Positions 61,680-64,000 of a DNA stretch of 64,000 bases are shown here, in pieces. The stretch is from Spirochaetota bacterium (GTDB lineage Bacteria > Spirochaetota > UBA4802 > JAFGJZ01), in the NCBI GenBank assembly GCA_016934935.1, contig JAFGRW010000054.1:17900-81899 (forward strand). Direction: 5' to 3'. The translations under genes were made by a program, and so were the position numbers. The notes under the pieces are model-generated. The model was given only the letters and a program-made list of their open reading frames with translations, did not search any database and had not been told where the DNA came from. Every line of letters begins with the position of its first letter. Within the stretch, counting starts at the first letter, position 1.

Positions 61680-62812
61680 CAGTTGCCTCCGTGAATATCA
61701 GCAGTATAGTGTAGAGTATTCAAAGTGGAAATAATCCTGGAGATCTCATTTTCTCGAAGGCGTATATACACAAATGCTAAGGACTCGTCAAATAATGATC
61801 TGGTTTTTACTCTTGTATAAAGGTTTACTGTTCTTTCCTGTATGCTTTGTCTTATATATGAATGCAGTTCGTGCTGTTCCAATTTGGTTGATTTGTCAGT
61901 CATAGATGAAAGCGAAAAACGTTTTAAAATTTCTGCTGTGGATGGTCTATTATCATTAATAAAGTCTGACTCTATGATTCGGTTGCCTCCAGGAATATAA
62001 AGAATGTTCTGTGATTCCGGGCTGACAATATTTGATAAACGAACAAGCCGCCCTAGATTAATCATATCGATATCCTGTTCAAGTAGAAGTTTAAGGTCGG
62101 TATTCTTGTCGCTGTGAAAAAGATTCAGACAATCACATAAGCAAGCAGATGAGTGTTGCATGTTTGCAAAGTTGTTGTAAAAATGAATTTTAGCAACAAG
62201 TGCTGAACAGGTGGAAAGAGAGTAGTTTATTACTGTGTTATAAAGATATTTGTAATAGCTGTTTTCAAGAATAATTTCGCAGCGAAGCAGATTGCCACTT
62301 TCGCTAATTTTTTCCAGTTCCTGAATGACACAAGCGTATGGGGTTGTTCTGAGATGTTCGGTAAGGGACTCGGTGTTTGATGCGTTTATTATACTGTCAT
62401 AAGAAACACCTTCTAAAGGGATATCCCGAGGAATATACTCGGTATAGTCGCTGATTGACCTTTTGCGAAATGATTGATCAAACCAGAGCCTAAGAGCTGT
62501 TTTGAAGGCGCTGTAACGGCTGCGCTCGGAAAGCGCTTTAACAAGTGGAATAAGTACTGCTGGTGAATGGTTTTGAAGTTTAATAATATCCTGATATAAA
62601 AAAGTGACAAGTTCTTTTTCAACTGTTTTCAAATCTCCGGTGCGGGAGTAAGTCTTTGTAATAAAATTAAAATCAGTCGATTGAAACATATAGAGAGCTT
62701 CTTCGAGTGAAGCAGATTTAAGAAGTTTTTCAAAAAAATCGGGTGCGAGGAGTTTTGCCATCAGGGCATGTATCCGTGAGTTTATGTAGGCATAATCTGA
62801 TAAGCCACCCAT
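61679..62812 (-). CDS. V/A-type ATP synthase subunit C (d-subunit family)
   Basis: It is 377 aa and all-helical. It sits between the G/H and I genes. Confidence 0.6.
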   Translation of the reverse strand: MGGLSDYAYINSRIHALMAKLLAPDFFEKLLKSASLEEALYMFQSTDFNFITKTYSRTGDLKTVEKELVTFLYQDIIKLQNHSPAVLIPLVKALSERSRYSAFKTALRLWFDQSFRKRSISDYTEYIPRDIPLEGVSYDSIINASNTESLTEHLRTTPYACVIQELEKISESGNLLRCEIILENSYYKYLYNTVINYSLSTCSALVAKIHFYNNFANMQHSSACLCDCLNLFHSDKNTDLKLLLEQDIDMINLGRLVRLSNIVSPESQNILYIPGGNRIIESDFINDNRPSTAEILKRFSLSSMTDKSTKLEQHELHSYIRQSIQERTVNLYTRVKTRSLFDESLAFVYIRLRENEISRIISTLNTLHYTADIHGGN

Positions 62813-62816
62813 AATA

Positions 62817-63122
62817 TTATTCTTCCTTTACGCTGGTGTTGCAAATTATGGCCGATATTTCATTAATTGCGAGTTCATAGCTGTTATTAGGTAATTCAAG
62901 GTTACCAATTCTTTTGCTTTCATTTTCCTGATATACATTTTCTGCTGTTGCAATGATTCTTTTTTGCAATGATTTGCGAATATTATCTTTGAGTTTGATT
63001 TTTTCTTCGTTTATATCGGCATCAGTTTCCCTGATCATTCTGGAGGCTTTATCGCGGGCATCACGAACAATTTTTTCTGCTTCTTTTTCGGCTGCGAGAA
63101 TCTCTTGCAGTACAGCTTTCAT
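62817..63122 (-). CDS. V/A-type ATP synthase subunit G/H (peripheral stalk coiled-coil)
   Basis: It starts MKAVLQEILAAEKEAEKIVRDARDKA. GGAG lies 9 nt upstream of ATG 63122. The listed 63194 start adds an N-terminal extension lacking a ribosome-binding site. Confidence 0.6.
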   Translation of the reverse strand: MKAVLQEILAAEKEAEKIVRDARDKASRMIRETDADINEEKIKLKDNIRKSLQKRIIATAENVYQENESKRIGNLELPNNSYELAINEISAIICNTSVKEE

Positions 63123-63516
63123 TAGAAATGCTCCGCAAATAGTAATTTTATGTCCGGAAGATGTTTGCACAGGAAATAACGGACAAATTTTCACCTGATT
63201 GTAGGTATACGACTTAAGAATGTCAATATCTTTTCAATCTTTCATGGAACCTGTAAAAATGTAACTTTCCGGGCAGTTAAAACTTTTTGCTCTTTAGCGA
63301 TATTTAGGTATATACAATCAATTCTGTGAAAGTTCTCTTGTTTAATTGTCCAACACAACATTACAAATCAAAGAAGTGTTGGACTGATTACATCTTACAT
63401 TTTATTAATAGAAGTTACCACCAGTAATATTTTATTCACAGGTAACTTAATATACTTTAAAAATTTCCAAATAGACCGATATTGAGAAAAGACAGTGTTT
63501 TTTTACGGGGGAAGTT

Positions 63517-64000
63517 ATGAAAAAAATCATTATTTTGACGGTTGTCTTAACTATTACCGGCATTCTTTTAGGTCAGTCTGAAGAAGAACCGGATAAGGCA
63601 ACAGTAGTTGCTGCTGAACCCGGTGGAGCACGTTGGGGAAGCAGTTTCGATGAAGTTCGGGAGGTTGCGCGAGGTAAGCTTCAGTTTTACCGCAAAGATC
63701 ATTATATAATCACCAAAGACGGTGAAATAACTTACACTTATGGATTTTTTTATGAAGATCCCGAAATGCTTGGTATGGATCCCGAAGAAGAAGTGGAACC
63801 GGAACCGGAACCAGCCGGTGCTACCGCGGAAGGTGCGACCGATGACGAAAAAACAGGAGAAGCTCAGTATTTATATGGCATAACTTCTTTTCCCTATTTG
63901 GCGATGGAAGATGTTAAAAAGAAATTAATCGAAAAATATGGGGAGCCTACTGCTGAGTCGATAGTGCGCAATAGTGGAGTGATAATATGGGATCTGGAAA
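63517..64000 (+). CDS. hypothetical secreted protein (3' end outside window)
   Basis: It has a signal peptide (MKKIIILTVVLTITGILLGQ) and an acidic Pro/Glu-rich linker. The frame is open to the window end. Confidence 0.55.
   Translation, partial: MKKIIILTVVLTITGILLGQSEEEPDKATVVAAEPGGARWGSSFDEVREVARGKLQFYRKDHYIITKDGEITYTYGFFYEDPEMLGMDPEEEVEPEPEPAGATAEGATDDEKTGEAQYLYGITSFPYLAMEDVKKKLIEKYGEPTAESIVRNSGVIIWDLE

Noticed and set aside
62817-63194. Longer 125-aa version of the V-ATPase G/H subunit starting at 63194
   Set aside because: The N-terminal 24 residues are non-helical and Cys-rich, with no ribosome-binding site. ATG 63122 has a GGAG at ideal spacing and starts the coiled-coil directly.

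Overview
This window comes from a roughly 40% GC bacterial chromosome of unidentified lineage, about 90% coding. Positions 4.5-35.5 kb hold one contiguous translation/transcription supercluster on the + strand. Its gene order is tRNA-Thr(GGU), rpmG-secE-nusG-rplKAJL, rpoB-rpoC, rpsL-rpsG-fusA-tuf, then the complete S10/spc/alpha operons from rpsJ to rplQ. This cluster carries S14 type Z, has secY followed directly by map, and has adk displaced about 10 kb downstream. Upstream lie a GAF sensor kinase, a single-domain receiver, queD, a DegT-family protein and rlpA. Downstream of rplQ there are four unknown secreted/lipoprotein/outer-membrane genes plus truA, then ddl, adk, an ATPase-less ABC importer pair, an iron-sulfur flavoprotein, ybaN and an MtaB-like methylthiotransferase. 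The most unusual region is 47.4-53.4 kb. It contains a membrane sensor with a degenerate GGDEF domain that retains its I-site, and two overlapping genes for class-III cyclase-homology-domain proteins, one apparently catalytically degenerate. Divergent from these is a 719-aa protein fusing a metallo-beta-lactamase-fold hydrolase (HxHxDH) to two tandem cNMP-binding domains. Together these look like a compact cyclic-nucleotide synthesis/sensing/effector module. It is either a feedback-regulated second-messenger circuit or a Pycsar-like defence variant, and is the main candidate for something not previously described. The window ends with a V/A-type ATPase operon on the - strand (G/H-C-I-K-F-E-A-B-D), co-oriented with a Usp and a PtsN-like EIIA gene, and a 3'-truncated secreted protein. 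Several long perfect palindromic terminators and leader/attenuator hairpins are visible. No CRISPR arrays, IS elements or rRNA genes were seen.
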